A stretch of DNA of 64,000 nt, from positions 496,001-560,000 of the forward strand of contig NC_027217.1 in assembly GCF_000981445.1 (NCBI RefSeq), in the 5' to 3' direction. Origin of the DNA: Babesia bigemina. Its lineage: Eukaryota. Both the position numbers and the translations under genes were made by a program. The notes under the pieces were generated by a model. It saw nothing but the letters and a program-made list of their open reading frames with translations. It did no database searches and had not been told where the DNA came from. Shown here one piece after another: positions 24,762 through 36,049 of this stretch (the first letter of the stretch is position 1; the number at the start of each line of letters is the position of its first letter).

Positions 24762-25432
24762 ATGGCGTATCCTTACCGCCCGAAGTTTTTGTTTAAATAT
24801 CCTGACTACATTCCGCCGACTGACGAGCAGGACGCCCAGACGGATCCGCGTTTGAAGCTCGAGCCTGCCTGCCTGGAGAAGTGCAAGAGCTTCAGGAAGC
24901 TGTACGATGTAGGTTCAGCCCGAGCACACCTCCCGTGGTTATTGTGCGATGCATTGAGTGGACTGTGCGATTTCCCATGTAATTGACGTGTTTGCCCGTG
25001 AGCCTTTTCCGCGTGATGAGTGCCGGCGGTGTTGGCACCTCCGGAGCAAATACCGCAACGCCGGTACATCTCTGCCACTCACGTGTTACGGAATGCGGCT
25101 GTGGCTGCGATGTATGGCGCTGTTGCGCACTATGTCGTGCATGAGTAGCCTTGTTTGTGCTTGTGATGTCATGCGTTGCTGGAGGGGCTCCTACGTAGAG
25201 TAATCACGACGTTGCATTTTGCGCAGGAGTGCGCCGAGCGCGTGAAGCACCGCAACGCCATCTACAAGGAGGCGGCGGAGCAAGGTCGGGGTCTGGAGGT
25301 GCAGGGGCCCGGGCAGTGTCTCGGGCAGCACTATGACGTGGTCCACTGCGTGGATAATTGCGTAAGTTGGAGAAGTCCGAACGCGCCATCGACGCTCAGG
25401 TGGCGAAAGACCTATTCCGCTATTTGAAGTGA
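24762..25432 (+). CDS. QCR6: Ubiquinol-cytochrome c reductase hinge subunit
   Basis: DPRLKLEPACLEKCKSFRKLYD|ECAERVK...QCLGQHYDVVHCVDNC|VAKDLFRYLK*. Introns at 24909-25226 and 25362-25399. Confidence 0.93.
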
Positions 25433-25530
25433 CCTCCGTGGAGCGCAATCAACTGCCCACGTCGCTGGAGCGCCCGACGAGAGCGTTACCCATCACTATA
25501 CAAACGCGCTATTAAGTACTGTACAGCTTA

Positions 25531-27428
25531 TCAGATGTCCTCCAACGGGTCCCTGTACTTCTGCACCATCTCGTAGTAGTGCCCGGCCTTGAACGGCCGC
25601 AGTATCTCGGTTATCTCCTCGTCGCACTCCGCGAAGGCGACGCTCCAGTGCGAGAAGTTGCGGCGCTTGACGCTGCCGGTCCAAATCTGCTTGCAGAACT
25701 GGCCGGCGGGGACGCCGAGCGGCATCGGCGTGTCGCTCGCGGCGGCCGCCTCGCTCTCCTCCCACTTGATGCGCCGCATGAGCAGCTTGATGTAGCGCTT
25801 GACCGAGAGCTTGCTGCCCTCCACCACCACCACCGACGGGCCGTGGCTGGCCACGATGCAGCAGCCGGTGAGGTGGAACTGCTGCGCGTTGATGTCGACC
25901 TTGAAGAGCAGCTTGGTGTCGGTGAGCGATTTGATCGTGAACAGCGCGGCCTCGATCTCCTCGTTCTTACCGACCTGCCACTTTTTGGCGTGCTTCTTCG
26001 ACCGCTGCTCCGGCGTGAGCTTCCGCTCCTCGTTGCGCCGCTCGTGGTTGCGCAGGCGCTCCTCCATCTGCTCGCGCACCTGCTTCTCCACGCGGGACGG
26101 GTCGGCGACCGACTGGTCCTTGAGCACGCGCATGAGGTTGGAGAGCTTCAGCTTCGGCGGCGGCGGCGGTATAAGCCCGACGCGGATCTTGTCCTGGATC
26201 TTCTTGAGCTTCTCCTCGCGCTTGCGGCGGCGGAGCTTCTTGCGCTCCTGCTTGGTGAGCATGATCGCGGGTGCTTCCTTGGCCCTTTTCTTCTTCCCGT
26301 CTATTTTGCACGGGTGCTCGATGTAGTTGTTGAACTTCTTCTCGTTGATCATGCAGAGCTCCGGCTGCACGTCGAGCGTCTGGTGCTTCTTGGCGTTGGC
26401 GGTCTTGAACGGGTCCTCGCCCGTCTTGAGGATTATGATGCCGCGGTCCCACCACTCCAGCCACGGCTCGTCGTCGTCCTGCGCGAAATGGCCCAGCGTC
26501 GCGCTGCACTCACCCATGAGTCCTTCTTGTCCAGCCTCGACCCCGCCTTGAGCGGGATCAAGTTGGGGTTCATCTCCTCGACGTTGTCGGTGACCTCGTC
26601 GATGGCGACTCCGCGTTCGCCTGCGAGCTCAATCTTCTGCCTGGCGGCCAGCCGGCGCTCCTGCTGCTCCAGCAGCTGCTTCTTGTGCGCCTGTATGCTC
26701 CGGTGGTTGATGCCCATCGCCTTGTCCTCCATCTGCCGCTGGAGCTGCCGCTCCTGCCTGATGTAGGAGCCGGGCTCCACGAAGTTCAACGCCATGCGCC
26801 GGCGCTTCTTCACCGTCATCAGCGACGGGTCCACGTACTGCGACTGCTCCGCCTTCTTGGAGGCCTTCTCCAGCTTCTGCCGCTCGGGCGCCGCCGCGTT
26901 GGCGGCGGTCATGGCCTCCTTCTGCATCCGCTCGCTCTCGAAGTTTTGGTTGATCTTCAGCCTGGAATGCATCATGGGGCGGTGCTGCATCACGTTCCCA
27001 GTCTCGTCCAGCACCCGCCCCAGGCTGTCCACCGTGAGCGGCTTGATGCCCAGCTTGGTCGTGGTCGGCAGCAGCTTCTTGGTGATGTTGATCTTGCTGA
27101 GCTTCTCCTTGATCTGCTGCCGCACCAGCTCCTCCTTCTTGGCGGCCGCCAGAGCCTCCTTGGCGTTCATGATGTTGCGTGAAACTGCGTGCCGGTGACG
27201 TTGCACATTCGGCGTCAACCTACGCTCGGCCGGCGAGAGCTTCTGCGCAGCTGGAGCGTCTGCGGGCGCTTGAATTCCCACGCGCGCCGTGGCGAACATA
27301 CCGGAGGGCGCCGATGTGCCGCTGGAGCGTTTTGGAGGCGCCTGCATCGTCGTCATATCGGGGCTGTCTATTCATTCGCCTACCGCGCTCCATCTCGTGC
27401 TACGCGTGGCTTCCTCCGGCTCCGCCAT
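25531..27428 (-). CDS. PRP3: U4/U6 snRNP protein Prp3, multi-exon
   Basis: EWWD, YIEHP, LTKQERKKLRRRKREE, KIRVGLIPPPPPKLKLSNLMRVL, DPSRVE, FKVDINAQQFHLTG and VVVVEG..KRYIKLLMRRIKW. The 5' exons are inferred. Confidence 0.95.
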
Positions 27429-27851
27429 CTTGGCAGCGCAAAGTTTGTTATTTAGGCGGCACTCTGGGCCGGCGATGCGATCTGACCTCCGGCGCCGCCC
27501 TCCAACCTGGGCGTCCGGCAGCGGCGTGGCAGGGCGGGTCACTTCCCGAAATTCGCTGGCTATTTCGGGGAGCGGCTGCAGCACACATTTTCGTGTGTGC
27601 ATCGCAGCCGCTCCCGAGGAAAAGGCGCCCATTGTTTTCTCCGATCCACCTTCTCTCGCGTGCTGCCTTCCACTCGTCGGCCTTCACTGTAACTACCGAG
27701 CTGGAACCGAGCGCCGCATTATAGGCACCTGTAACACATAGGTTCGCTCTAGCACGCTCAGTGCAGTGGTTATACGGCTTGGCCCTTCCACCGCCGCGGC
27801 GACTGCGGTGCTGACACACCAGGCCTCTAACTCCGCACCCGAACAGCCAAG

Positions 27852-29260
27852 ATGTCCACCATCAGCTCGCAGGAGTCTGCGAACGTGCTGCGCAACTTCG
27901 TGAAGGTTGGCGTGTCCTCGATCGCGTACCTGCGCAACCTGTTTGCCGAGTCCGTGTTCGAGGACACGGTCATCGGCGGGCTCCAGCTGAAGCGCCTGAC
28001 GCGCTCCGTCCCGGAGTCGGCGGCGCTGCTGGACTGGATCGACGACGGGGTGTTCGACGCGATGGGCCGGGAGTACCTGAAGCACCTGGTGGTGAGCATC
28101 CACAACAGCGAGCACCTGGCGCTCGAGACGTACACCTTCTCGCTGCAGTACGGCAGCGACGAGGACTCGTGCGACGGCGTTCGGAGCGAGTACTCTGTGC
28201 AGATGTCAGTTGGCCACGGCCCGTTGGCGGATTGTGCGACGGCGGCCGGTGGCAACAGCGGTGGTCGTGTTACGAACGGCGTGTCGAACCCCGCTAACTT
28301 GGACAACGCTTCAGAGGCCTCAAGCAACTCAACGGCGCCGCTGGCGACCGCGCATGCAGCGAACACTCTCACCACGAGCGCCCGCCCGGGGTGCCTCGTG
28401 GTCAGCGCCGACAAGGAGGAGGTGAAGCGGCAGACGGTGAAGGTCCTCCGTGACCTCGTGCTGCTGGCGCAGTCGCTGTCGCCGCTGCCCGACAACCGGT
28501 ACCTGTCGATGCGGCTGATGTACTACGACGAGCGCGTGCCCGTGGACTACGAGCCGCAGCACTTCCGCAGCGCCTCCGCGGAGAGCTTCGGCGAGGCGGA
28601 GCTGAGCCTGGAGCAGCAGGTGGGCGCGCTAGAGACGGGCCACCACAACCTGGCCGTGGACGTGCGCAGCGTGTGCTACGTCGACGAGAACGTGACCAAT
28701 TACAAGAGCAGCGTGCGTCCGTTCGACACGCTGACCCGGCGCACCTCCATCAGCTGCGCCAAGCCGGCGGAGCCGCCGCAGATCAGGGACCCAGCCGCTG
28801 ACCTCAGCCGGCAACCTAGCGAAGCCGGCGCGTCGCATGTGAGGCTCCCGGCGGGCTCATCCGGCAGGGGCAACGGCGTGCAGGTCCCCGCGCCGCGGCC
28901 GCCAGTCGGGGGCCGCAACGTGATGCTGGGCCTCCTCAAGCGCAGCTACGAACTGGCGGCGCGCACGAAGTTCATCAGCAAGGAGTGCCTGACTGACGCC
29001 ATGGGCGTGGACGCCACGACGTCCAAGGCCCTGCTGAAGAAGTGGGTCCCAACTTGCGCTGACATAACTTAGCAGGATGATCGAGCACGGGTACATCGAT
29101 TCGCGTTTCATCAAGGGCAAAGGGTACATGTAGGTTGTCTACGCGATTTGTGGCCAACGCGCTCTGCAGGAGTCGCTGCTTCGAGCTGCCTCAGAGGGAC
29201 ATGCACCAGCATCCCGCGCAGCACCCGGCGAAACGCCCCAGGGCAGGCCCCGTAGCCTAG
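27852..29260 (+). CDS. HOP1: Meiotic HORMA-domain protein (Hop1/HORMAD/ASY1 family)
   Basis: VSSIAYLRNLFAESVF, LLDWIDDGVFDAM..EYLK, LETYTFSLQY and QSLSPLPDNRYLSMRLMYYDERVPVDYEPQHF. Two short 3' introns lead to TAG at 29258-29260. Confidence 0.9.
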
Positions 29261-29360
29261 TCGCACCGCCGTGATACGGATGCGCCAACAACCACCGACA
29301 CGAAAGAGTGAAATAACAACGCGATTAAGGTCAAATTTAAGTAGCGATACGTGTCCTGGT

Positions 29361-30054
29361 CTATCCACCGCGGCCTCTGAAGCTCCCGCCTCGGCCTCGC
29401 GACAGCCCGCCTCTGAAGGCGGAGCTCCCCCTTCCCGCGCCGAAAGAAGCGCCGCGGCCGCCTCTGCCGCCGCGGCTGAGTCCCGGCTTTTTGAAGGACT
29501 GGTCCTTGATGACCCGTTTCTTGGCCTGCGCCTGCGCCGTGCCGGGCTTGGTCAGGAAACGCGCCACCGGCAGCGTCTGCTGCGGGTCAATATACAGCGT
29601 GGAGTTGGGCTCGAACGACCGCGCCTTGAATCCGGTCGCCAGCGTGACGGAGAAGTACTGCAGACAATGACGCTGCCCATTGCGTGGCTTACGTAGTCGT
29701 TGACGGGGCCCAGGATCTCGTCCACCTTCCCGATCTCCTGCTTGTTAGCCAGGAATATGCGCCCGTTGAAGTAGGGCACGGTCGACTGCAGCGTGCTCTT
29801 GACCAGCAGCTGCTCCTCGCAGTCGTGTACCACGGTTCCAGCCTCTGCGCTCACCTTGAGGTCACGAAAACCGCGAAACCTACCAATCACCTCCGCCGGT
29901 GGGCCGGTGTATCCTGCAAGTCAATCAGCCGCCATCACCTCGGGGCGCGCTACCTACCTCCTGCGCCGCCAGCATGGCCACCGCCCCTGCCGCCTCTGCC
30001 TGAGGAACCGCCTCGCCGGATGCCGCGGCTGGCTCCCCTACCACGCGAGAACAT
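29361..30054 (-). CDS. GAR1: H/ACA snoRNP subunit Gar1, multi-exon
   Basis: RGG-rich termini around the core VPYFNGRIFLANKQEIGKVDEILGPVND. Confidence 0.95.
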
Positions 30055-30305
30055 GGCCAGTTCCGCGTCAAAAATCAGGCTCCACGCGTAGTTTCGAGCG
30101 TTTATCCGAATCGGCCTTCCGTGCTGGCCGCGTCGGCTCGCAGCGTCGCGGCCGAGGCCCCCATCCGCCTTCGGCGAGCCGGGCGTACCCGCGCGTGGAA
30201 TCCTCCACACCCGCGCGCTAAATCGCATCGACTCGTCGTTGATGGCCGTATCGCGGAGGTTCGGCGCGGTGTGTGCGTTGCGAGGCGTCACCCGGCCAGT
30301 AGACA

Positions 30306-31054
30306 ATGCGCGCCTTCCGCGTGCGCAATCCCGCCACGACGCACTCCGCCGAGTGGATACGGCGGCAGATCACTGACCGCTACACTCTGCAGGCGCAGGT
30401 GGTGAGTCTGCCGGGCGTTTCGTTGACATTTCGCAGGACAACTATCGCAGTCGCGCTGCGTACAAGCTGCAGGAGCTCGACGACCGGTTCCTGCTGCTGC
30501 GCAAGAGCCAGGTGGTGGTGGAGCTCGGGTGCTACCCCGGAGGGTGGTCGCAGGTGTGCCTAGAGCGCACGCTGGCGGGCGCCTCGGATGCCCGGGTGAT
30601 CGGCGTGGACCGGCTCCAGATGGACCCGATGCCCAATTTTACTTTCATCAAGGGCGACATCACCGACGAAACCACCCACGCGCACCTGCTCTCCGCGATG
30701 GGCGGGGCGAAGGCTGACGTGGTGCTGAGCGACCTCGCTCCGGCCTGCACCGGCGTGAAGCAGGACGACCACCTGAACTCCACCGAGTTGTGCATGCAGG
30801 CGGCGCAGCTCATGGAGCGACTCATAGCCGTCGGCGGCGCGTTTGTGGTGAAGATATTCATGGGCGGGCAGCTGACGAACTACCGTACCTACCTGCAGAG
30901 CCAGTTCAAGACGGTGCACTCCGCCAAGCCGAAGGCGTGCCGATCTGAATCCAAGGAGATGTACTTCGTTTGCAAGGGCTTCCTGGGCGCGCGCAACCTG
31001 CGCTCTGATGTGCAGACCCGCGGCAGTTTCTACCCCAAGGAGGGCCGGCTGTAG
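30306..31054 (+). CDS. MRM2: FtsJ/RrmJ rRNA 2'-O-methyltransferase, probably mitochondrial MRM2
   Basis: SAEWIRRQITDRY..|DNYRSRAAYKL, ELGCYPGGWSQV, VVLSDLAP, FVVKIF and KPKACRSESKEMY (K-D-K-E tetrad). Intron at 30402-30436. Confidence 0.92.
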
Positions 31055-31487
31055 CACCCTATCCGGGATGCCTGGACTGGCGGTGCCTCGTGAGGCCGTC
31101 GGCATCGGGGTGAGGTAGGTGGCCGCCACCCACCCACCCCGATCCATTTTATAGGAAACTCGGGTAACATAGTCATTTCAATGAAACTTGTGCTTCTGGT
31201 TAACGTGGAATATGACCTCGCGAACTATCTGTGGTGCATTATAGGTTAAGGGTGTTCGTTGTTGCCAGGCGGTCTGACCTGTTGGGTTGCCGTCTACATT
31301 ACGGAGTAGCGATATGCAGCCGAACGGCTGTTTGCTACGGCCTCATACCGGCGCAGTAACGCGGTGGCGGCGGCGGCGGCGAGCGCCGCCCGTCCGCGGA
31401 GCCGCCACGTCCACAAATTTACCGCAAAAAGCGATTCCACCACTGATGGCCTTCCTAACGACTCCAGTTGCGCTGGGGCCAGCGGAA

Positions 31488-33269
31488 TCAGCGTATGGTG
31501 ACCGCGCGCTTCCTGAGCCTGTTGTTGTAGAAGTCGTCCACAAGGGCGAGAAGGGAGTTCTGGTCGACGTTGGTGAGCTTGGGGTCGTAGTAGACCTTCT
31601 GCGCCAGCAGGTCCAGGACCACGGCCTGCGGCTTGGCGTTCTTGTCGACGCCGCAGATTGAGCGGACAGCGCCGCTGCGCTTGTCGGCCGTTTTCGAGAT
31701 GAAGAACTTCATCTGCCTGCCCTTGCGGTGGTTCGCGTGTTGCATGGCGGCCTCCGCCAGCTGCGATTCGACGACCTGCTGCGTGGCGGGGTCGACGTCG
31801 TCGGCGAACACTATGACCACCGGCTGGTGCGCGAACGCGTCGACGTTCACAGCCACGTCCTCCACCAGCTGCTGCCCGTGCCTGTTCAGGTACGAGGCGT
31901 ACGGCAGCGCGTTGGCGGCTCGGTCCGCCTCCACGTAGAAGCGCCCGTCGGCCGTGATGACGTTGCCGCTGGGGTCGAGCAGCACCACCGCCGGCACCAT
32001 GGGCACCTTGAGGTACTGCTGCAGTATGAGCCTGGAGTCGGCGTCCTCGAAGGGCACCGCCAGCCAGTTGCCGTTGTGGTCGAAGAGCTCCTTCTCGAAG
32101 TCGGCCTGGTTCTTGTCGTTCGAGACGTAGACCACCTCGAACTTGCCGTCCGTCTTCTCGCCCACCGCCCTGTGGAACTCCTGGAGCTTCTCGCTGAACT
32201 CCTTGCTCGAGCGCGTCCAGCCCGCCCCGAAGTACAGCGCCACGATCTTGCCCTCCAGGCTCGCCTTCGGCACCGCCTGGTTGTTGCCGTTGACCAGCGT
32301 GTCGGGGATGAGGTCGAGCGGGCTCTCCACCTTCCAGGGGAAGTTGTTGGGCTTGTTCGCCATGAGGTACAGCGCGCGGTCGTTGATGACGCTGCCGTCC
32401 GAGTTCAGCAGGACCACGCTCGGGATCCCCGTGATGTCGTAGAGCTGGCACAGGTGCGCCACGCGCTCCTTGTCGTCGAAGGGCAGGGCGTACCAGGGCA
32501 TGTCGCGGAAGTGGTCCACGCCGTCCACCTGCTTCCTGTCCACGTTGACGTACACCACCTGGAACTTGCGGCCGCTCTCCTTCATGGTCTCCTGGATCTG
32601 CTTCAGGTTCTTGGTGAAGTCGCGGTACCCCTTGTCCTGCAGCATGCGGTGGACGTTGTTGGAGTGGAAGTAGAGCGCCGTGACCGAGCCCTCCTCGATG
32701 GCCTCCCCTATCGGGATCCGCCTGATGTTGGTTTTCAGCAGCCCCCTGATCCACGGGCACCTCTCCAGGGGCGCCAACAGCAGCGCCGCCAGCACGTCGA
32801 ACAGGCTCCGCCTCCGCAACGCGACCCTGCCGGGGTCGTCCTTCGTGTACAGCACGTGCCCCAGGGCGTCAGCGATCCCGGGTGCATCCTCGCGGATGTA
32901 CTTGCCGTACAGGTGGTGCCACAGCACCCGCCTGACGTACGCGTAGCCGAGCGCCGTGGTCAGCGCCACGGTGCCCGTCACCACCGCGGCCTTCTTGACG
33001 ACATCGTTCGACAGGGGCCCGAATATAGCGCGTTCCGGGAGGTGCGCGTCTGCGCCCGAGGGCGGGGTGACGTTCTGCGGCAGCTTGAGCGGGTCCCTCG
33101 CGAAGAAGGCGCTGTGCAGCCTCGGGGCGTCCGACCGGAGAGGCACCGGCAAATGCTTCCCACCAGTTGGCCTGCGCTCTAGCCTCGCCTCCGCCACTGG
33201 AAATGCCGCCGTAAACGCGTAGACAGCCGCGACTGCGGCCGCCAGCAGCGCCCTCTGAGGGGCGCCCAT
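31488..33269 (-). CDS. Nucleoredoxin/tryparedoxin-like multi-thioredoxin protein with signal peptide, lacking CxxC
   Basis: Two nucleoredoxin-type domains (FQVVYVNVD..MPWYALPF..GIPSVVLL and LEGKIVALYFGAGW..FEVVYVSND..WLAVPF) plus a third Trx-like domain. The N-terminal leader is hydrophobic. Confidence 0.88.
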   Translation of the reverse strand: MGAPQRALLAAAVAAVYAFTAAFPVAEARLERRPTGGKHLPVPLRSDAPRLHSAFFARDPLKLPQNVTPPSGADAHLPERAIFGPLSNDVVKKAAVVTGTVALTTALGYAYVRRVLWHHLYGKYIREDAPGIADALGHVLYTKDDPGRVALRRRSLFDVLAALLLAPLERCPWIRGLLKTNIRRIPIGEAIEEGSVTALYFHSNNVHRMLQDKGYRDFTKNLKQIQETMKESGRKFQVVYVNVDRKQVDGVDHFRDMPWYALPFDDKERVAHLCQLYDITGIPSVVLLNSDGSVINDRALYLMANKPNNFPWKVESPLDLIPDTLVNGNNQAVPKASLEGKIVALYFGAGWTRSSKEFSEKLQEFHRAVGEKTDGKFEVVYVSNDKNQADFEKELFDHNGNWLAVPFEDADSRLILQQYLKVPMVPAVVLLDPSGNVITADGRFYVEADRAANALPYASYLNRHGQQLVEDVAVNVDAFAHQPVVIVFADDVDPATQQVVESQLAEAAMQHANHRKGRQMKFFISKTADKRSGAVRSICGVDKNAKPQAVVLDLLAQKVYYDPKLTNVDQNSLLALVDDFYNNRLRKRAVTIR

Positions 33270-34055
33270 ACTGATATCTTTGAACGAGCTTCCGCTGTCT
33301 TCTACGGCTCCACCCTCGTTTTCGACTGACTGCAGGCCTTAGAGTCACTAATAAGTGTTAAGCTATTCCTTTATGTCGCCTGAGGGCGCGGAAGGTTGCA
33401 CGGCAACCGGGTTAGGGTGTGTTGCCGCGGCGTGTGAGGCGCCAACGGCGCAACCACGCCGCGGCCTTCTGTCGATTTTACATAGTGATTATAGACTATC
33501 GACTCTTTGCAAAGGTAAATGCAGCCGTATCTAGCAGCGTCGATAAGTTTCACGTTGGCGCGTGTCGCCATGCTCGTTAAGTGGCAAAAAGTGTGCCTAA
33601 AAAGCGCAACGACAGCATACGTAGCTGAAACTGTGCAGTAAACTGTGAAATGTCGGCGGAACGGGCCCATGGCCTGAAGCTGATCTGGTCAAAGCAAATG
33701 TTGGCAATACCGGGGTAAATGGCAGGAGCCAGCAGGCGCTTGAGTCTAAGCACGCGCTCAATTACTACACTTTGTGTATTTGCAATACACCTTTGGCCAT
33801 GGCGCGCTAGGATGCCCACGTTGCACTTACAGTCACTGCAGTGGGACTGCCCGGCAGCCTCCCGGCTCATGGCGACGCCGATACCTCGGCGTCTCGCGGC
33901 GACCCTTACAGCCAATATTTCGCTCGATCGCAACCGCAGCGCGTATGGGAGTCGCGTCGCAAAATGTGCAATCGTAGGCCCCATGGGGTGTAGGCTCACA
34001 ACGGAGGCGCGTGCTCACTGGGATCATAGCGCTCGTCAGCCGAAAAAGAGCGACG

Positions 34056-35822
34056 ATGCGGACCCAAATGCGCGGCCGACCGCCGCGGTACTCCGATTTG
34101 AGCGAGGATTACGTCGTCGGAGAAATCCTGGAAGACATTGAGTGCTTGCAGATCGACGTCGCGCAGTTGGAGGAGTACGACGACCTGAACGATGACACAT
34201 TCGGAGATGGAATAGGGGAGGAGTGGGACCCGTCGGAGACGTTTTTGGCCGCGGAAAGGGAGCCGGTGGTCCGGCGGCCCGCCCGCAAGCCTCGCGAGCT
34301 GGTCAAGTGCGAGCTCTTCGATTTCCCCGAGCCGACCCGTGCACATCGCCAGCAGAACAATCGGAACCAGTCGCAGCGGCAAAATCAGCGGAGGTCTCAG
34401 AACCAGCAGTCGGACAACAGTCAGAACACGAACGCCGCGCGCAGGGCTGACAGGTCGCCTCGGGGCAGGCGCAGCTCAGACGAGACCGATGAAGTGGAGC
34501 ACAAAAGGTCTTTCATCTCCGACCTCAACCGCTACCGCCGGCTGGGCATGTTCACCCTGAACCCGAGGCTTGTGGAGTTGGTGGCCGCCGGGAAAAGGGA
34601 GACCCACCACCGTTGGAGGATATCGCAGCGCACGCTCGAGCGCCACGCCAGGGGTGTGAAGCGTACGCCAGAGAACATGGAGAGGGAGCTCTTCATGGAC
34701 GACCACGCGTTCGACCAGATTTTGCGCATCCACCTGGCCCAGACATGCAAGGATCCGCGCCTGCAGAACTACACCGGCCGCTGGAACACGCGGCACCTCG
34801 GCATCAACCCCCCCAGGGATGCGGCCAGCCCGGGTGATGCGGACCCGGACGAGACGCAGCCCGCTTCGCCGGAGCACAAGAGCGTCGTGAACCCCAACCG
34901 CTTCGGAAAGACCAGTGCAGCCTCGGTGCGTTATGGTCGCAAGCTGATTCGACTGGACGAAGTGGTCACCTCGCCGAGCTCGGGGCCGGTCTGCATGGAG
35001 CGGCAGCTCCGGGAGACCATCGAGCTCGGCTACGAGGCGCTCTACACGTTGTGCGACATCGAGGAGGACATCGAACAGTGCCCGATGAACCACGTCGCGG
35101 CGCTCGACAAGATGCAGAAGGAGCGCGACGGCAAGCTCAACCAGCTCTTCCTCTCGTTGACCACGGGGAATGTCAGCGTCGAGAGCATCATGGAGCTCAA
35201 CAAGGGGCGCGTGCTCATGATCAAGCTGGGCCGCAAGCTCAGCATCGAGACCAAGCTGCAGCTGGCCTGCTGCATAGTCGACTGCATGCCCGCGTTCGCG
35301 CGCATCTGCGCGGCGGTTGACGAGGCCTTGGCGGGCGAGGCGACGCTGCTGCCGCTCATCGAGGTGCTCTCGTCGGCGACCGACATGAAGCCGCTGGTCG
35401 CGTTTGAGCGGGACGACGTGCACACACATCCCACCGGCGGCGTGCTGCTGCAGCACCGGCTGCGAGACGCGAACTCCTACACGCAGTGCTTCCTCCTCAT
35501 CATCGAGTCGCTGACGCTCACCGGGCACCTCTTCCTGCTGACGGCCGAGACCGGCGGGCGCCAGACCGCGCTGCAGCGGTGTTGCAACATCCTGCTGCGT
35601 TGGCAGCAGGCCTGCAACGTGTTCGTGGAGCTGCTCAGGCACAGGGGCGGGGTCATCTTCATGAACGTGCTGCTGGAGCGCATCCAAGACAGCCCCGTTG
35701 CCGTCGATAAGGAGTCGGTCGACATGATCCTGCACTACACGCTCGAGGCGTCTGAGCAGATCACTGCGCACGGCGATGAGTGGCGGTCGCTGGCCTCCAG
35801 CATCATGCGGATGTTCCAGTAG
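34056..35822 (+). CDS. PAT1: Pat1-like mRNA decapping activator / P-body scaffold
   Basis: N-terminal DDLNDDTFGD motif, mid-domain LFMDDHAFDQILRIHLAQ..DP, then FGKTSAASVRYGRKLI and the helical C-terminal IMELNKGRVL. Confidence 0.75.
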   Translation: MRTQMRGRPPRYSDLSEDYVVGEILEDIECLQIDVAQLEEYDDLNDDTFGDGIGEEWDPSETFLAAEREPVVRRPARKPRELVKCELFDFPEPTRAHRQQNNRNQSQRQNQRRSQNQQSDNSQNTNAARRADRSPRGRRSSDETDEVEHKRSFISDLNRYRRLGMFTLNPRLVELVAAGKRETHHRWRISQRTLERHARGVKRTPENMERELFMDDHAFDQILRIHLAQTCKDPRLQNYTGRWNTRHLGINPPRDAASPGDADPDETQPASPEHKSVVNPNRFGKTSAASVRYGRKLIRLDEVVTSPSSGPVCMERQLRETIELGYEALYTLCDIEEDIEQCPMNHVAALDKMQKERDGKLNQLFLSLTTGNVSVESIMELNKGRVLMIKLGRKLSIETKLQLACCIVDCMPAFARICAAVDEALAGEATLLPLIEVLSSATDMKPLVAFERDDVHTHPTGGVLLQHRLRDANSYTQCFLLIIESLTLTGHLFLLTAETGGRQTALQRCCNILLRWQQACNVFVELLRHRGGVIFMNVLLERIQDSPVAVDKESVDMILHYTLEASEQITAHGDEWRSLASSIMRMFQ

Positions 35823-36049
35823 TGGACTTTATAACACGCGGTTTAACGTTTTGTTTTAATGCGCTCCACTGTCCACGAGCGCGTGTTACTACCATTGATT
35901 TGCGTGCACGGCGTGCGAGGTACGCTCCGTAACACGGCCCGATGCTGCCCGGGCGAGGGTCCTTCGCGGCAGCATGGGCTCCAGTGGCCGCCGGGTCGGA
36001 GCTTGGCCGAGGAGCGGCGATTAATGCGATGGGGGCGCCGCCCGGCCAG

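Noticed and set aside
33270..34055. Specific ApiAP2 binding sites in divergent spacers
   Set aside because: Short motif-like words occur at frequencies I cannot distinguish from chance without an enrichment test.
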